Assembly: GCA_963824045.1 (NCBI GenBank)
Contig: CAWGNW010000015.1
Location: forward strand, 150,812-214,811
Length of the DNA stretch: 64,000 nt
Reading direction: 5' to 3'
DNA from: an uncultured Gammaproteobacteria bacterium
GTDB lineage: Bacteria; Pseudomonadota; Gammaproteobacteria; UBA9214
Both the position numbers and the translations under genes were made by a program. The notes under the pieces were generated by a model, which saw only the letters and a program-made list of their open reading frames with translations, was not told where the DNA came from and did no database searches. The stretch's first letter is position 1; every line of letters starts with the position of its first letter. Shown here piece after piece: positions 47,761 through 57,727 of the stretch.

Positions 47761-50700
47761 TCAGTGGAGCCGGGCTCGCTTGAGCTTCGTGCGGAAACGC
47801 TGCAGCAGCGACGGTGCCTTGCAGACCGGAATCGGCTCGACGGTTTCCGCCGCCACGACGGGCTTTTCCCGTACCGGTGACAGTTTTACCTTGCCCCAGT
47901 TGATGATGTGCGCCTCGGCCATGGCCCGCGGCGGCCGCAACGGGTCCGCGCCCAGCGTGCCCACCAGACTCGCCAGGTATTCGGGCTGCCGCAGACGCTC
48001 CAGCTTCTGCAGCGCCGCTTCCAGTCGCCCGCTGATGCCGAGCCGTTCCGCCTCGTCCCGGTAATCCGTATCCTCGAGGAACTGCTGCAGGCTGTCGACG
48101 TGGCGTTGCCACAGTTCGATATCCCGCTGCTGCTTGATCTCGAGGCGTTCCTGGTACCAGTCGGAGGCCAGCAGGTGCTCGCGGGTAAACATGGCACGGA
48201 AATCCGGGTGGTGTGCATCCATGCCCGAGTATTTTCCGGTGGCCATGATCAGCAACAGGGCCTGCAGCGGCGGACAGGCGTCCTCGACACTGCCGTCTTC
48301 CAGGTATTGCAGGGCCACCCGCTGCTGCGCCTCGACGACGTTGTTGATGCCGTCGACGTACACATCCAGTCCCTGCGTCTCCGGCTTGAGTATTTCCTCG
48401 GTGAAAACGGCGGTTGGATTGTCGAAAATCTTGCCGAGGTAACCGTGCACGAAACGTTCGGTAATGCGGTAGCCCAGGCGGCTGGCGAGCACCTGCTTGC
48501 CATTGTGCCTGAAGTCCACCAGCGGCTCCAGGTAACCGGCTTCGATCAGGAATTCCGGCCGGCGTTCTTCCACAGGCAGGCGCGCCCAGATCTCGGGGAT
48601 CAGCAGGCTGACGTCATGATCGATGCGCACGTTGGGCCCGATGTGCCCTGCAGAGCTGGAAAAACCGGGATACCCGGTAAGTATGAAGGACACCAGCGCA
48701 TTGTTCAGGTCGGCTGTCGCACGCACGGCGTTAAAAGGTCCCTTGGTCAGCGCGCCTTCCGTGCCCGCGCCGGTCGTCGAGGGTGACTTGCCGGTAAGGC
48801 TGCAGATGAAGTCCATGAACAGTTCCGGCAGATCCTGGTAATGGATCGGATTGTACACGGCCAGAGGGCGTATCCCGGGTTCCGGCGGATTGTTGCGCCG
48901 CCCGGCCAGAACCGCGTCCACGGGATGACAGACCGCTTCGTGCAGCCCCAGCTTGCGATGAAACCGGGTACTCATCTCTGCCAGGTACTTGCGCGCCGGT
49001 CTGACCAGATCGGGACGTGTCTGCAGGTAGCGGGGGTTCTTCGAAGGCGCGCCGTCGACGATGCGCGGGTGCGCGGACGACACCACGAAGCCGCTGCCCC
49101 TGTCATAGGTCTGCTTCAGCAGGGCCTGCATGGGCGGCGTGAACTGGTAAAAGGTGTGCACGTCTTCCACGAGCGCAGCCAGGCGCTCGCCATGCAGGGG
49201 CTCGTAATTGGCCAGGAAATTTTCCGGCTGTGCCATGTCCTGCTCGGTTTGCCTGTCGAAGCCGGGGTGGATCGCATCGTCGGGGCGCTGGAACAGCCGG
49301 TACTCGCAGTTCCTGACCAGTTTGACGCTGTGATTGCGGGTATCCGCGGGACCACAGTAGGAGATAAGCTTTTGCGGCACCACCACGGAAGCGGTGATGT
49401 CATCTTCCATCTGGACCTTTTCGGTTGCGATATAGTCCTGGCGCAGCTTGAAGGTACGCCACTTGGCGTCGTGGTCGAAGCCTACCCGCAGGTACGACGC
49501 GATGATGTTGCGGTCACGCAGCTTGAGTTCGTGCGCCGGCGCACCGTCGACCTCGTCAACCGACAGGTATTTCTTCCAGTTCTGCCCCCACTCCGGACGG
49601 TAGAACCGCTTGATCAGGAAGACCAGCGCCAGGATGCGCGGGGAAATGGAGGCCAGCCATGCATTGTATTCTTCGGTGTAGCTGGAGGTCGGCGTCAGCA
49701 GCTTGATCACCGAGCCCAGACTGCGTTCCGTGCTCAGTGGCTTGCGGGTGGGATCGCGGTCATACTTTTCGAACCCGGGTTTGAAGCGTTGTGTAAAGTC
49801 CCGGTTGAAGATCTCCTCGACCTGGGCGAGGTCCTTTTGCAGGTCATCGACGAACAGGGACCGGTAGATGACGGCATCATTCAGGGACTTGGAAATTTCG
49901 GATTTGCCGCCACCGGACACCGTGCTGGGCTTGTGACAGAAAGTCCCTTCCGGGTCCATGCCGACCAGGCGCCAGGAAGGCGCACCCGGATGCTTCTCCA
50001 TCTCGACCTTGTAGCCATTGGGCTGCATGTAGACCTTTCCCGGCTGCAGGCGGATCTTCCTTGTCTCGCCGTCCCTGACCCAGGTGATGGTCTGCGCATT
50101 CAGGTCCATGCGCACCTTCTGCGGGACGTAGATGATCTCGGGATAATTCCTGTCGATGCCGTAGCCTTCCGGCTGCAGGTCCATGATCTCGCCGTAACGC
50201 TCGGCCATATCCTCGAAGGAATATCCGGGCATGTGGGTGCGGCTGTCCACGCCATACTCTTCACCGTGATTACGGCGTGGAAAGGCCAGCGCGCCGCCGG
50301 CATGTTCTTCCTCGGCGAGGCCGAACAGGTTGGCGGAATAACCAATCTGCGTCTTGACTTCCTTCTTGCAGTAGCCGAAGTAGTTGTCCGCCAGCAGCGT
50401 TACAATCACACCGCCGGCATCGCGGGCGGTGAGCTTGAATGCCTGGCCGTCGTTGTAGAGTTCGCCGTCATCCTTCCAGCACATGCCTTCGCGACGCTGC
50501 CGGTCAGTGGCCTTGCTGCAGTGCGGCAGACCGGCCTCCTTTTTGGTCATGCCCACCAGGTGCGGCGCCAGAATCACGCAGCCGGTCGTACCGGTCCAGT
50601 GCTCGACATCCAGCCCGGCATCGAACTCCGAAAGATGCGGGTTGCCGCCGTTGCCGAAAATACTTTCCACGAAATCCAGGTTGCTGACCAGGTTGCCCGG

Positions 50701-51384
50701 CGCCAGGAAATGGATCTCCATGGTCTTCTCCGGTTCGACTCCCGGTATCTCCGGGCAGACGATGGGCCGCAACAGCAGCGACACGAACATGCGGGCCGGC
50801 ACCGGCAGGCCCGCGGTAAACGGAATGGTCAGCAGGTCCTGCGGCGGGTTGAGCGCCTGCGCCAGCATGTGGGCAAAGGTTTTCCGGGGTACGGCCTTCT
50901 TGTCGCCCGGGACCGGCAGCCCGTCCTCGGTAATATGGAAAGAACCCTTGGTGGTACGCCGGTCGCTCGCCGGGTTATGCAGCACGCCCTGCTCAACGCG
51001 GTAACTGGAGACAATGTCGGAGTGGAACTCGTCCTCGCCCATGGGCAGTGACAGTTCCCGCGCCACCCCGTGGCGGTCGAGGACCAGGGTCTGTGAAGGC
51101 AGCGTCGGAATCCGGTCCAGTTCCAGGTCTGCCAGGTAGCGCTTCAGGAAATTCTGGATGCGGAGGTTGACCGGGCAATGATAATTGGCCAGCAGGCGGT
51201 TCTTCTCGCGGTAACTTTTGAGGAGGTCGCTGGATATACCAAAAAACCGCACGGCCGCTTCCGGGACACAGGTCGGCTGTCCGGATGAAGCGAGCTTCAG
51301 GTTGATATAGAGCTGCAGCTTTTCGCGTTCTTCTTTCGGCGTCTCGGGCACCTTGTTCAGACCAAGGGCATTGGCAAAGTCCAT
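47761..51384 (-). CDS. large conserved protein of unknown function (1207 aa); candidate PPi-type PEP carboxykinase family (unverified)
   Basis: GGAGAG SD and an uninterrupted 3.6-kb ORF with coding-like composition. No TM segment or signal peptide. The size class and a P-loop-like LLADNYFGYCKKEVKTQIGY segment prompt the PEPCK idea, but I cannot confirm it without a search. Confidence 0.85.
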   Translation of the reverse strand: MDFANALGLNKVPETPKEEREKLQLYINLKLASSGQPTCVPEAAVRFFGISSDLLKSYREKNRLLANYHCPVNLRIQNFLKRYLADLELDRIPTLPSQTLVLDRHGVARELSLPMGEDEFHSDIVSSYRVEQGVLHNPASDRRTTKGSFHITEDGLPVPGDKKAVPRKTFAHMLAQALNPPQDLLTIPFTAGLPVPARMFVSLLLRPIVCPEIPGVEPEKTMEIHFLAPGNLVSNLDFVESIFGNGGNPHLSEFDAGLDVEHWTGTTGCVILAPHLVGMTKKEAGLPHCSKATDRQRREGMCWKDDGELYNDGQAFKLTARDAGGVIVTLLADNYFGYCKKEVKTQIGYSANLFGLAEEEHAGGALAFPRRNHGEEYGVDSRTHMPGYSFEDMAERYGEIMDLQPEGYGIDRNYPEIIYVPQKVRMDLNAQTITWVRDGETRKIRLQPGKVYMQPNGYKVEMEKHPGAPSWRLVGMDPEGTFCHKPSTVSGGGKSEISKSLNDAVIYRSLFVDDLQKDLAQVEEIFNRDFTQRFKPGFEKYDRDPTRKPLSTERSLGSVIKLLTPTSSYTEEYNAWLASISPRILALVFLIKRFYRPEWGQNWKKYLSVDEVDGAPAHELKLRDRNIIASYLRVGFDHDAKWRTFKLRQDYIATEKVQMEDDITASVVVPQKLISYCGPADTRNHSVKLVRNCEYRLFQRPDDAIHPGFDRQTEQDMAQPENFLANYEPLHGERLAALVEDVHTFYQFTPPMQALLKQTYDRGSGFVVSSAHPRIVDGAPSKNPRYLQTRPDLVRPARKYLAEMSTRFHRKLGLHEAVCHPVDAVLAGRRNNPPEPGIRPLAVYNPIHYQDLPELFMDFICSLTGKSPSTTGAGTEGALTKGPFNAVRATADLNNALVSFILTGYPGFSSSAGHIGPNVRIDHDVSLLIPEIWARLPVEERRPEFLIEAGYLEPLVDFRHNGKQVLASRLGYRITERFVHGYLGKIFDNPTAVFTEEILKPETQGLDVYVDGINNVVEAQQRVALQYLEDGSVEDACPPLQALLLIMATGKYSGMDAHHPDFRAMFTREHLLASDWYQERLEIKQQRDIELWQRHVDSLQQFLEDTDYRDEAERLGISGRLEAALQKLERLRQPEYLASLVGTLGADPLRPPRAMAEAHIINWGKVKLSPVREKPVVAAETVEPIPVCKAPSLLQRFRTKLKRARLH

Positions 51385-51726
51385 ATAGATTCTCTCCGCA
51401 ATTGTTTCTGCCGGAACGGCATCCGCTTGACGGGCATGACAACCATTGCCGCTATTCTAGCCAACCCTGCTTTGGAAATCTGCGCAGTTTCAGCGCATTC
51501 CTTTATAACAACATCAGGTAACGAATTTATATTATTGATATATCTATAGTTACTATAGCCACTCCTGCGAACTGCCGCACACGAAAAGGCAGGGAGGCGA
51601 TGTAAATAACCCGCTGCGCCGGCTGCTGATGCTACCCGCAGGCAGCATTCTGAAGACCGGTCTGTTGTGCATACCTGAAAATAGCGGGGGCTGACAAGTC
51701 AGGCAGAGTGTCAACATTTTCTTCTA

Positions 51727-51800
51727 TCACCATGGAATCCATGGAAATACACAGCAACAAATGACCCTCGCCAGAAGTTTTCCGGGTTTTCCGCGGCCAT
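51727..51800. repeat. REP-B degenerate copy
   Basis: CATGGAATCCATGGAAA...AGAAGTTTTCCGGGTTTTCCGCGG has the same layout as 52352-52417. Confidence 0.5.
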
Positions 51801-51829
51801 ACGCTCCGTCATCATGATGTTGACAAGGA

Positions 51830-52207
51830 CTAGTGCGGCGGGGTGAATGCAACCGCCACCTGGCGACGATATGCGGTGTCAAAGACCAGTTCCACCGACA
51901 CCTCGCTGCCGGTCTCCTCGATCCTGACCTGCTTGAGCTCGGGCAGCCGAATGGCAAGGTAGCTGCTCATGGCGGCAGCCATGGCTTCATCGTCCGTCTT
52001 CAGGGCATGCACAAGGTTGGCGGCAGCGAATTGCGCGCGCTGATTCGTGTCCGGGTTGCGCACGGTTTCAGCGCCGACCAGGATGCCGTTGTCCATCGTG
52101 GCGTCCATCTTGTCGAGATAGGCGGCCTGGTGGGCCGGCAACAGCTTGTCGCGGTCATACTCGATCTGTGCGATACCATTCAGCAGAACGGCCATGATGT
52201 TGCTCAT
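51830..52207 (-). CDS. hypothetical protein (125 aa)
   Basis: ORF from ATG 52207 (MSNIMAVLLNGIAQIEYDRDKLLPAHQAAYLDKMD...) with coding-like composition. No recognisable motif. Flanked by REP-B copies. Confidence 0.55.
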   Translation of the reverse strand: MSNIMAVLLNGIAQIEYDRDKLLPAHQAAYLDKMDATMDNGILVGAETVRNPDTNQRAQFAAANLVHALKTDDEAMAAAMSSYLAIRLPELKQVRIEETGSEVSVELVFDTAYRRQVAVAFTPPH

Positions 52208-52351
52208 AATCGACCTGTCATCACGTAACGATACCAAATCAAAACACACGGCCTGCCGGGCAGGCAACCGGATTCATATGCCCGCCCGTCACCGCGTGAG
52301 TTGCGCCGCAGGCCTGTGTTTTTTCAACCTGACCATGAAGCCTGCAATGGC

Positions 52352-52417
52352 CACGGAATCCACGGAAAGAAATAACACACACCAGAAACTTTTCCGTGTC
52401 CTTCCGTGGATTCCGTG
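52352..52417. repeat. REP-B hairpin (18-bp arms, 30-nt loop)
   Basis: CACGGAATCCACGGAAAG at 52352-52369 pairs with CCTTCCGTGGATTCCGTG at 52400-52417 (17/18). Lies just downstream of the ybiT 3' end. Confidence 0.7.
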
Positions 52418-52482
52418 ACTATTCAGAAATACCGGCACCCGGCCTGACTTGTCAGCATCCGTTTTTTCAGGCTGAAAGAATA

Positions 52483-54093
52483 CTAGCCGGCCTTCTTCAT
52501 CCCGACGCCCTGGCTGTCCAGGTAGTCTTCGTAATTGCCGCTGAAGTCAACCACACCGTCCGGCCGCATATCAAGGATGCGGGTTGCAATCGAGGACACG
52601 AACTCCCGGTCATGGCTGACGAAGAGCAGGGTGCCGGGGTAATTCTCCAGGGCCAGGTTGAGCGACTCGATGGATTCCATATCGAGGTGGTTGGTCGGCT
52701 CGTCCAGCAGCAGCACGTTCGGCTTCTGCAATATCAGGCGGCCGAACAGCATGCGCGCCTGCTCGCCACCCGAGATGACATTCACCGGCTTCCTGATTTC
52801 ATCCTGGGAAAACAGCAGGCGGCCCAGCGTACCGCGAATGACCTGCTCGTCATCACCCTCCCTGCCCCACTGGTGCATCCAGTCGTACAGGCTGACCTTC
52901 GACTTGAAGTCCACCGCGTGGTCCTGCGCAAAATACCCCAGCCGGGCATTCTCGGCCCACTTCAGGCGCCCCTTGTCCTTGTCAAGGTCACCGACCAGGA
53001 GTCGCAGCAGGGTGGTCTTGCCGATGCCATTCGGGCCGATGATGGCGACCCGCTCGCCCGCCTCGACGGTCAGGTTCAGCCTGTCGATCACCGCCGGTCC
53101 GTCGCCATAATGCTTGCACAACCCTTCGACATCCAGCGCCAGCCGATACAACTTTTTCTCCTGCTCGAAGCGGATATAGGGATTCACACGGCTCGACGGC
53201 TTGATCTCCTCCAGCTGGATCTTCTCGATCTGGCGCGCGCGCGAGGTTGCCTGGCGCGCCTTGGAGGCATTCGCAGAGAAGCGGCTGACAAAGGACTGCA
53301 GTTCGGCGATCTGCGCCTTCTTGCGGGCGTTGTCTGCGTACTGGCGCTCCCGCACCTGGGTGGCCGCGGTCATGTATTCATCGTAGTTACCCGGATAGAT
53401 GCGCAGTTCGCCGTAGTCCAGGTCCGCCATGTGCGTGCAGACACTGTTCAGAAAGTGGCGGTCGTGCGAAATGATGATCATGGTACTGTTGCGATCGTTG
53501 AGCACGCCCTCGAGCCAGCGGATGGTGTTGATGTCGAGGTTGTTGGTGGGCTCGTCGAGCAGCATGATATCGGGATCGGCGAACAGGGCCTGCGCCAGCA
53601 GCACGCGCAGCTTCCAGCCCGGTGCGACAGCCGACATCGGCCCGTTGTGCTGCTCCAGCGGGATATCCAGGCCCAGCAGCAATTCCCCCGCGCGGGATTC
53701 GGCGCTGTAGCCGTCCAGTTCGGCGAACTGGATTTCCAGTTCGGCTACCTGCATGCCCTCTGCCTCGCTCATCTCCGGCAGAGAATAGATGCGGTCGCGC
53801 TCCTGCTTGATCCTCCAGAGCTGTTCGTGTCCCATGATGACGGTATCCAGTACGCTGAAATCCTCGAAGGCAAACTGGTCCTGGCGCAGCTTGCCGAGAC
53901 GCTCGTTGGCATCGATCGAGACATTGCCTGAAGTCGGTTCCAGGTCGCCGCCAAGGATGCGGATGAGCGTCGACTTGCCGCAGCCGTTGGCGCCGATCAG
54001 GCCGTAGCGGTTGCCCTCGCCGAAGCGCACGGAAATATTTTCAAACAGGGGCTTCGCCCCGAACTGCATGGTGAGATTGGCAGTAGTGATCAT
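52483..54093 (-). CDS. ybiT: ABC-F family ATPase YbiT
   Basis: [34 protein letters not shown]...[18 protein letters not shown]... is nearly collinear with E. coli YbiT across both ABC cassettes. Confidence 0.95.
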   Translation of the reverse strand: MITTANLTMQFGAKPLFENISVRFGEGNRYGLIGANGCGKSTLIRILGGDLEPTSGNVSIDANERLGKLRQDQFAFEDFSVLDTVIMGHEQLWRIKQERDRIYSLPEMSEAEGMQVAELEIQFAELDGYSAESRAGELLLGLDIPLEQHNGPMSAVAPGWKLRVLLAQALFADPDIMLLDEPTNNLDINTIRWLEGVLNDRNSTMIIISHDRHFLNSVCTHMADLDYGELRIYPGNYDEYMTAATQVRERQYADNARKKAQIAELQSFVSRFSANASKARQATSRARQIEKIQLEEIKPSSRVNPYIRFEQEKKLYRLALDVEGLCKHYGDGPAVIDRLNLTVEAGERVAIIGPNGIGKTTLLRLLVGDLDKDKGRLKWAENARLGYFAQDHAVDFKSKVSLYDWMHQWGREGDDEQVIRGTLGRLLFSQDEIRKPVNVISGGEQARMLFGRLILQKPNVLLLDEPTNHLDMESIESLNLALENYPGTLLFVSHDREFVSSIATRILDMRPDGVVDFSGNYEDYLDSQGVGMKKAG

Positions 54094-54459
54094 GGTTTGG
54101 TCCTGACGATATCCGAACCGGCCGCGGTGACCGGGCCGTAAAAGCCGGGTATTGTCTCACATTCGGGCGTCTGCCGTGCGGCGGATAGCCGTCACCCCGA
54201 AGCCTGCCGCTGCGGCACAAATCAAATTTACGTCAGGGAAAAGCTGAACGGGTCGTCGCCCCGGTGAGTACCGGGGTCCAGGCTGTTGATAATTCTGGAT
54301 GATTCGCTTCGCTCACCGTGCGGGCGTGCAACCCGTCATGCGCGTTTGTCCGGCATACGCCGGAATGACAGCGTGGGTCTTGTTCATGTGCTTCATAATC
54401 ACAGAACCGCGACCCATTCGCGGCAAGCGGACCAGTGCCACCGGCGCCGCAGGTACGTA

Positions 54460-55059
54460 TTACCCGGCTTCCAGCAGGCTGCGAATTATCTGTTCCACGT
54501 CCGGGTGATCAAAGGCACGCCCGCCCACGGCGCGGAATACCACCCTGCCCTGCTTGTCCAGCAGGAAGGATGTCGGCAGGCCCTTGACGTCGAAATCCGC
54601 AGAGACCTTGCTCTCCGGATCGAACAGGATGGGAAACGACGGAAACACATTCAGGTCGCCCATATAGGCGAACACGTGATCGGCATCCTCCCACTGGTTG
54701 ACCGCCAGCACGACAAACGGCTGGTCGCCGAGCTTGCGGTACAACTGCTCCAGCGCCGGCATTTCGCGTCTGCAGGGTGGACACCAGGTCGCCCAGAAAT
54801 TGATCAGCACCACCTTGCCGCGATAGTCATGCAGGGCATGTGGCTTGCCGTCCATGTCAGGCAGGGAAAAATCCGGCACACTGCGCGGCGGATCGATTCG
54901 CGCGAAGCTGTGGCTGAGATCTTCCTCCGCTACCGCTGCTGCTGACAGAAACAGCAGCAGCAATACCGTTTGCAAGCCGGTCACCCCGGTCCTAGTGTAC
55001 GGGTGCTTCAGCAGGTGCACATTCCACCCCCTTGATGGTTCTGGTAAATGACTTGCCAT
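54460..55059 (-). CDS. TlpA/ResA-like periplasmic thiol:disulfide oxidoreductase
   Basis: INFWATWCPPCRREMPALEQL is the active site of a thioredoxin fold. There is a signal/anchor sequence (LQTVLLLLFLSAAAVA). The start is uncertain: ATG 55059 overlaps the upstream gene by 68 nt, and the alternatives are GTG 55020 and GTG 54984. Confidence 0.85.
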   Translation of the reverse strand: MASHLPEPSRGWNVHLLKHPYTRTGVTGLQTVLLLLFLSAAAVAEEDLSHSFARIDPPRSVPDFSLPDMDGKPHALHDYRGKVVLINFWATWCPPCRREMPALEQLYRKLGDQPFVVLAVNQWEDADHVFAYMGDLNVFPSFPILFDPESKVSADFDVKGLPTSFLLDKQGRVVFRAVGGRAFDHPDVEQIIRSLLEAG

Positions 55060-55564
55060 TCACGCGCCAGTTATATTCCAGGTCGAAACGGCTGCCCGGC
55101 GTCAGGCCGATGGTGGTAAAACCCTGCCCCCAGTCCCCGATCTCGAAGGTCTGGTCGTCCGGCAGCATTGACCAGCGGAACGCCACGCCCATGTCGCGCC
55201 ATTCCTGCACCCATTCCGACTTGGTCCGGATGCGGTGGTGCTCACCGTCCGGGGTGAGGTAACGCCAGTCCGCGACACGGTAGGCAAGCGGCCCCTCGCT
55301 GCGGTTGTGCAGAATGGTACCGAAGACACAGTAGCCGCTCACCTTGTCGACGATCTCGCGTGGCAGTCCCCGCGAACTGTACACGGCGCGCACGTAATCG
55401 GGCAGCACCTGGATGAACTCCAGTTCCAGCGCGTCACCCTGCGTTTTCCAGGTGAACAGGCCGGTATCCGGGTTGACCCGCTTCTCCACGGCACTGTCCG
55501 CGTGCACCTGTTGATTCAGCAATACCAGCGCGATCGCACAGATTTGCCAGTGATGGCGCTTCAT
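54992..55564 (-). CDS. periplasmic protein of unknown function (190 aa)
   Basis: ATG at 55564 gives the signal peptide MKRHHWQICAIALVLLNQQVHA|DS. ATGA overlap with the upstream small gene. Confidence 0.7.
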   Translation of the reverse strand: MKRHHWQICAIALVLLNQQVHADSAVEKRVNPDTGLFTWKTQGDALELEFIQVLPDYVRAVYSSRGLPREIVDKVSGYCVFGTILHNRSEGPLAYRVADWRYLTPDGEHHRIRTKSEWVQEWRDMGVAFRWSMLPDDQTFEIGDWGQGFTTIGLTPGSRFDLEYNWRVNGKSFTRTIKGVECAPAEAPVH

Positions 55565-55782
55565 CGGGCACTCCGCCATGTGTAAGCCAGCTTGAGCAGG
55601 AGGATCAGCAGCGGCGTGCCGTGCAGGAACAGGTCGAAGATATCGACGGGTCTTGCCAGCGTTCCGGCGAACAGCATCTTCAGCTTTTCCCACAGGTGCG
55701 GTTCGGGTGCAAACGGCGCCAGGGCCAGCACCACGGCCAGCGGCACGATGAAGGCATAGGGTATGTTATCCAGCCACTTCAT
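55561..55782 (-). CDS. small membrane protein (73 aa)
   Basis: Two hydrophobic helices (IPYAFIVPLAVVLALAPF and LFLHGTPLLILLLKLAY). First gene of a three-gene overlapping set. Confidence 0.55.
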   Translation of the reverse strand: MKWLDNIPYAFIVPLAVVLALAPFAPEPHLWEKLKMLFAGTLARPVDIFDLFLHGTPLLILLLKLAYTWRSAR

Positions 55783-56227
55783 AGGGAATTCCAGTCGAAT
55801 CAGTCAGGTATACTGGCACCCATAGTAGCGGAGTTTGCGGCCGCTTTCATACGAATTCCGGCTCGACCATCCATGAAACACCCTGCACACACTCCCGCTG
55901 AGCAACTCCCCTGCGAGACCGCCGGAGGCTTTTACTCGCGATTGCAGCCAACCCCTTTCGAGGCGGCGGTCGAACTGCTCGACCTCGACCCCGCGGTGGC
56001 AACCGACCGCGGTTCCCCGTGATATTCAGCAACGCACAGCCCCTGCCCAACGGCGACCCGTTTGCATCGTGCAACGCAGGCACAGGACTACGCAGAAATC
56101 GACCACCTGATTAAGCGGCTGCAGGACCCCTTGGCTGAACTGCAAGGCATGGAGCGCCACACCAAACCGCCGCCGGACCGGGCAAGGGACACCAGGCAAG
56201 CTGTACGTGATAACAAGGAAGAAATTT

Positions 56228-56638
56228 GTGAGGATAATCTTCAGGTACTTTTTCAGGGCCATCCATTACACGGTCGGCCCGTTGATCCTGCTCCGGGAGA
56301 AGCTGACCACGCCCGCCGGTGTAACGCGTCCGGACGAGGCGCAGCAGCAGGTGGATGCCAGCACCCGCAATCTGGTCCTTTACCAGTTTCTGATGTGTCC
56401 GTTCTGTGTAACAGTCCGGCGCGCCATCAAACGACTGTCACTCACCATCGAGACGCGTGATGCCCTGCGGGACACGGTCAGTCGCTCGCAGTTATTGCAG
56501 GGCGGCGGCCAGCTGCAGGTACCCTGCCTGCGCATTACCGACGAGCAGGGCAATGTCACCTGGATGTACGAGTCCCGCGCCATTATCAGCTACCTGCAGG
56601 CAGTGTACGCAACCGCCCCGGCGAACGATCGCGTCTGA
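56228..56638 (+). CDS. glutaredoxin-family protein (CPFC active site) with N-terminal hydrophobic segment
   Basis: LVLYQFLMCPFCVTVRRAIKRL...QVPCLRI...ESRAIISYL is a Grx/GST-N fold. GTG at 56228 has an AAGGAAG SD; the track ORF starts at GTG 56207. Confidence 0.8.
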   Translation: MRIIFRYFFRAIHYTVGPLILLREKLTTPAGVTRPDEAQQQVDASTRNLVLYQFLMCPFCVTVRRAIKRLSLTIETRDALRDTVSRSQLLQGGGQLQVPCLRITDEQGNVTWMYESRAIISYLQAVYATAPANDRV

Positions 56639-56773
56639 ATCCCGCCAGTTACCTGTCCTGCTGCACAGGAAAACGCCTCGATTGAAGCGCAAGGCTGTCG
56701 TTCAGCAGACCACCACGGGCTCATGACGACGCGCTGCGGTTGATGCTGCCTGGCCCGCATGTTGCCCACCCGA

Positions 56774-57727
56774 TCAGGGGGCTTCCCGGACATCGCGGCC
56801 GGACGTCTCGAGGCTATTCCAGGGTACGGCCTTGTTCTTGCACTTCAGCCGGATATGGCGACGATCTTCCAGTCGAAATGCAGTGAAACTGCCGCCGTTG
56901 GCACAGCCGGTGTCCAAAGGGATCACGCCCGGTTGCCGGTTTGCCGCCGGGGCAATCACGAGCTTTGCCCAGTGTCCGAAAAGTATGTTCAGCGACTTAC
57001 TGGCACGCTGCGGGATCTCGAACCATGGCCGCGAGCGCTTGTGCTTTGCCTTTGCCGTTTGCCTTTTTCCCGGCAGATCAATACGGCCGCTGAAGTCGCA
57101 CCAGCGCAACTGGGTGAAACAGTTGGCGATGAAGCGCAGGCGTCCCCAGCTTTCCAGGTCTTCCCGCCAGCGCAGCGGTCCGTCTTCAGAAAGGTGCAGA
57201 AACAGATCCTCGTAACCGAAGTTCTGCAGAACTGTCTCCAGTTCACTTGCACATTCCCGGGATTTTTCCAGATCCCACTGGGGCGGGAGACCGGCATGGA
57301 CCATGGTAAATCCCAGGCGGTCACTGTGGTGCAATAGCGGCTGGTGACGCAGCCAGAACAGGAGTTCCTCGCAGTCGGGGGCATCGAGTATCTCGGTAAT
57401 CGTGTCCTTTTTGCGGGCCTTGACCGCCCCGGAGGCCACGGCCAGGAGGTGCAGGTCGTGGTTTCCGAGAACGCTGATCGCAGCACCGCCGAGGCCACGC
57501 ACGAAACGCAACAGCTCCAGTGAATCAGGCCCCTTGTTAACAAGATCCCCGGTAAACCAGAGGCGGTCGACGTCCGGTTCGAAGTCAAGTTTCTCCAGCA
57601 GTCTGAGCAGGTCGTCGAAACAGCCCTGGACATCACCGATTGCGTAGGTTGACGCCCCCGCCCGGCCCGAATACACCCGAACAGGCAGATCAGTTTCCGC
57701 TACTGGTCTGTCGGTGTTGTTGTGCAC
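56774..57727 (-). CDS. apaH: bis(5'-nucleosyl)-tetraphosphatase (symmetrical) ApaH
   Basis: TYAIGDVQGCFDDLLRLL...LWFTGDLVNKGPDS...VLGNHDLHLL...MVHAGLPPQW...GHWA is collinear with E. coli ApaH. GTG at 57727 follows AGGAGG; the track ORF begins at TTG 57757. Confidence 0.9.
   Translation of the reverse strand: MHNNTDRPVAETDLPVRVYSGRAGASTYAIGDVQGCFDDLLRLLEKLDFEPDVDRLWFTGDLVNKGPDSLELLRFVRGLGGAAISVLGNHDLHLLAVASGAVKARKKDTITEILDAPDCEELLFWLRHQPLLHHSDRLGFTMVHAGLPPQWDLEKSRECASELETVLQNFGYEDLFLHLSEDGPLRWREDLESWGRLRFIANCFTQLRWCDFSGRIDLPGKRQTAKAKHKRSRPWFEIPQRASKSLNILFGHWAKLVIAPAANRQPGVIPLDTGCANGGSFTAFRLEDRRHIRLKCKNKAVPWNSLETSGRDVREAP

Noticed and set aside
48841-51051. 736-aa plus-strand ORF. Similar long antisense ORFs occur at 5685-6638, 7534-8544, 21206-22342, 22867-23856, 24266-25363, 33476-34420, 34955-35902, 39368-40144, 45381-46160, 52396-53931 and 61865-62845.
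   Set aside because: All lie opposite genes with strong homology-type evidence and have low-complexity RGAVHQ-rich translations without SD sequences.
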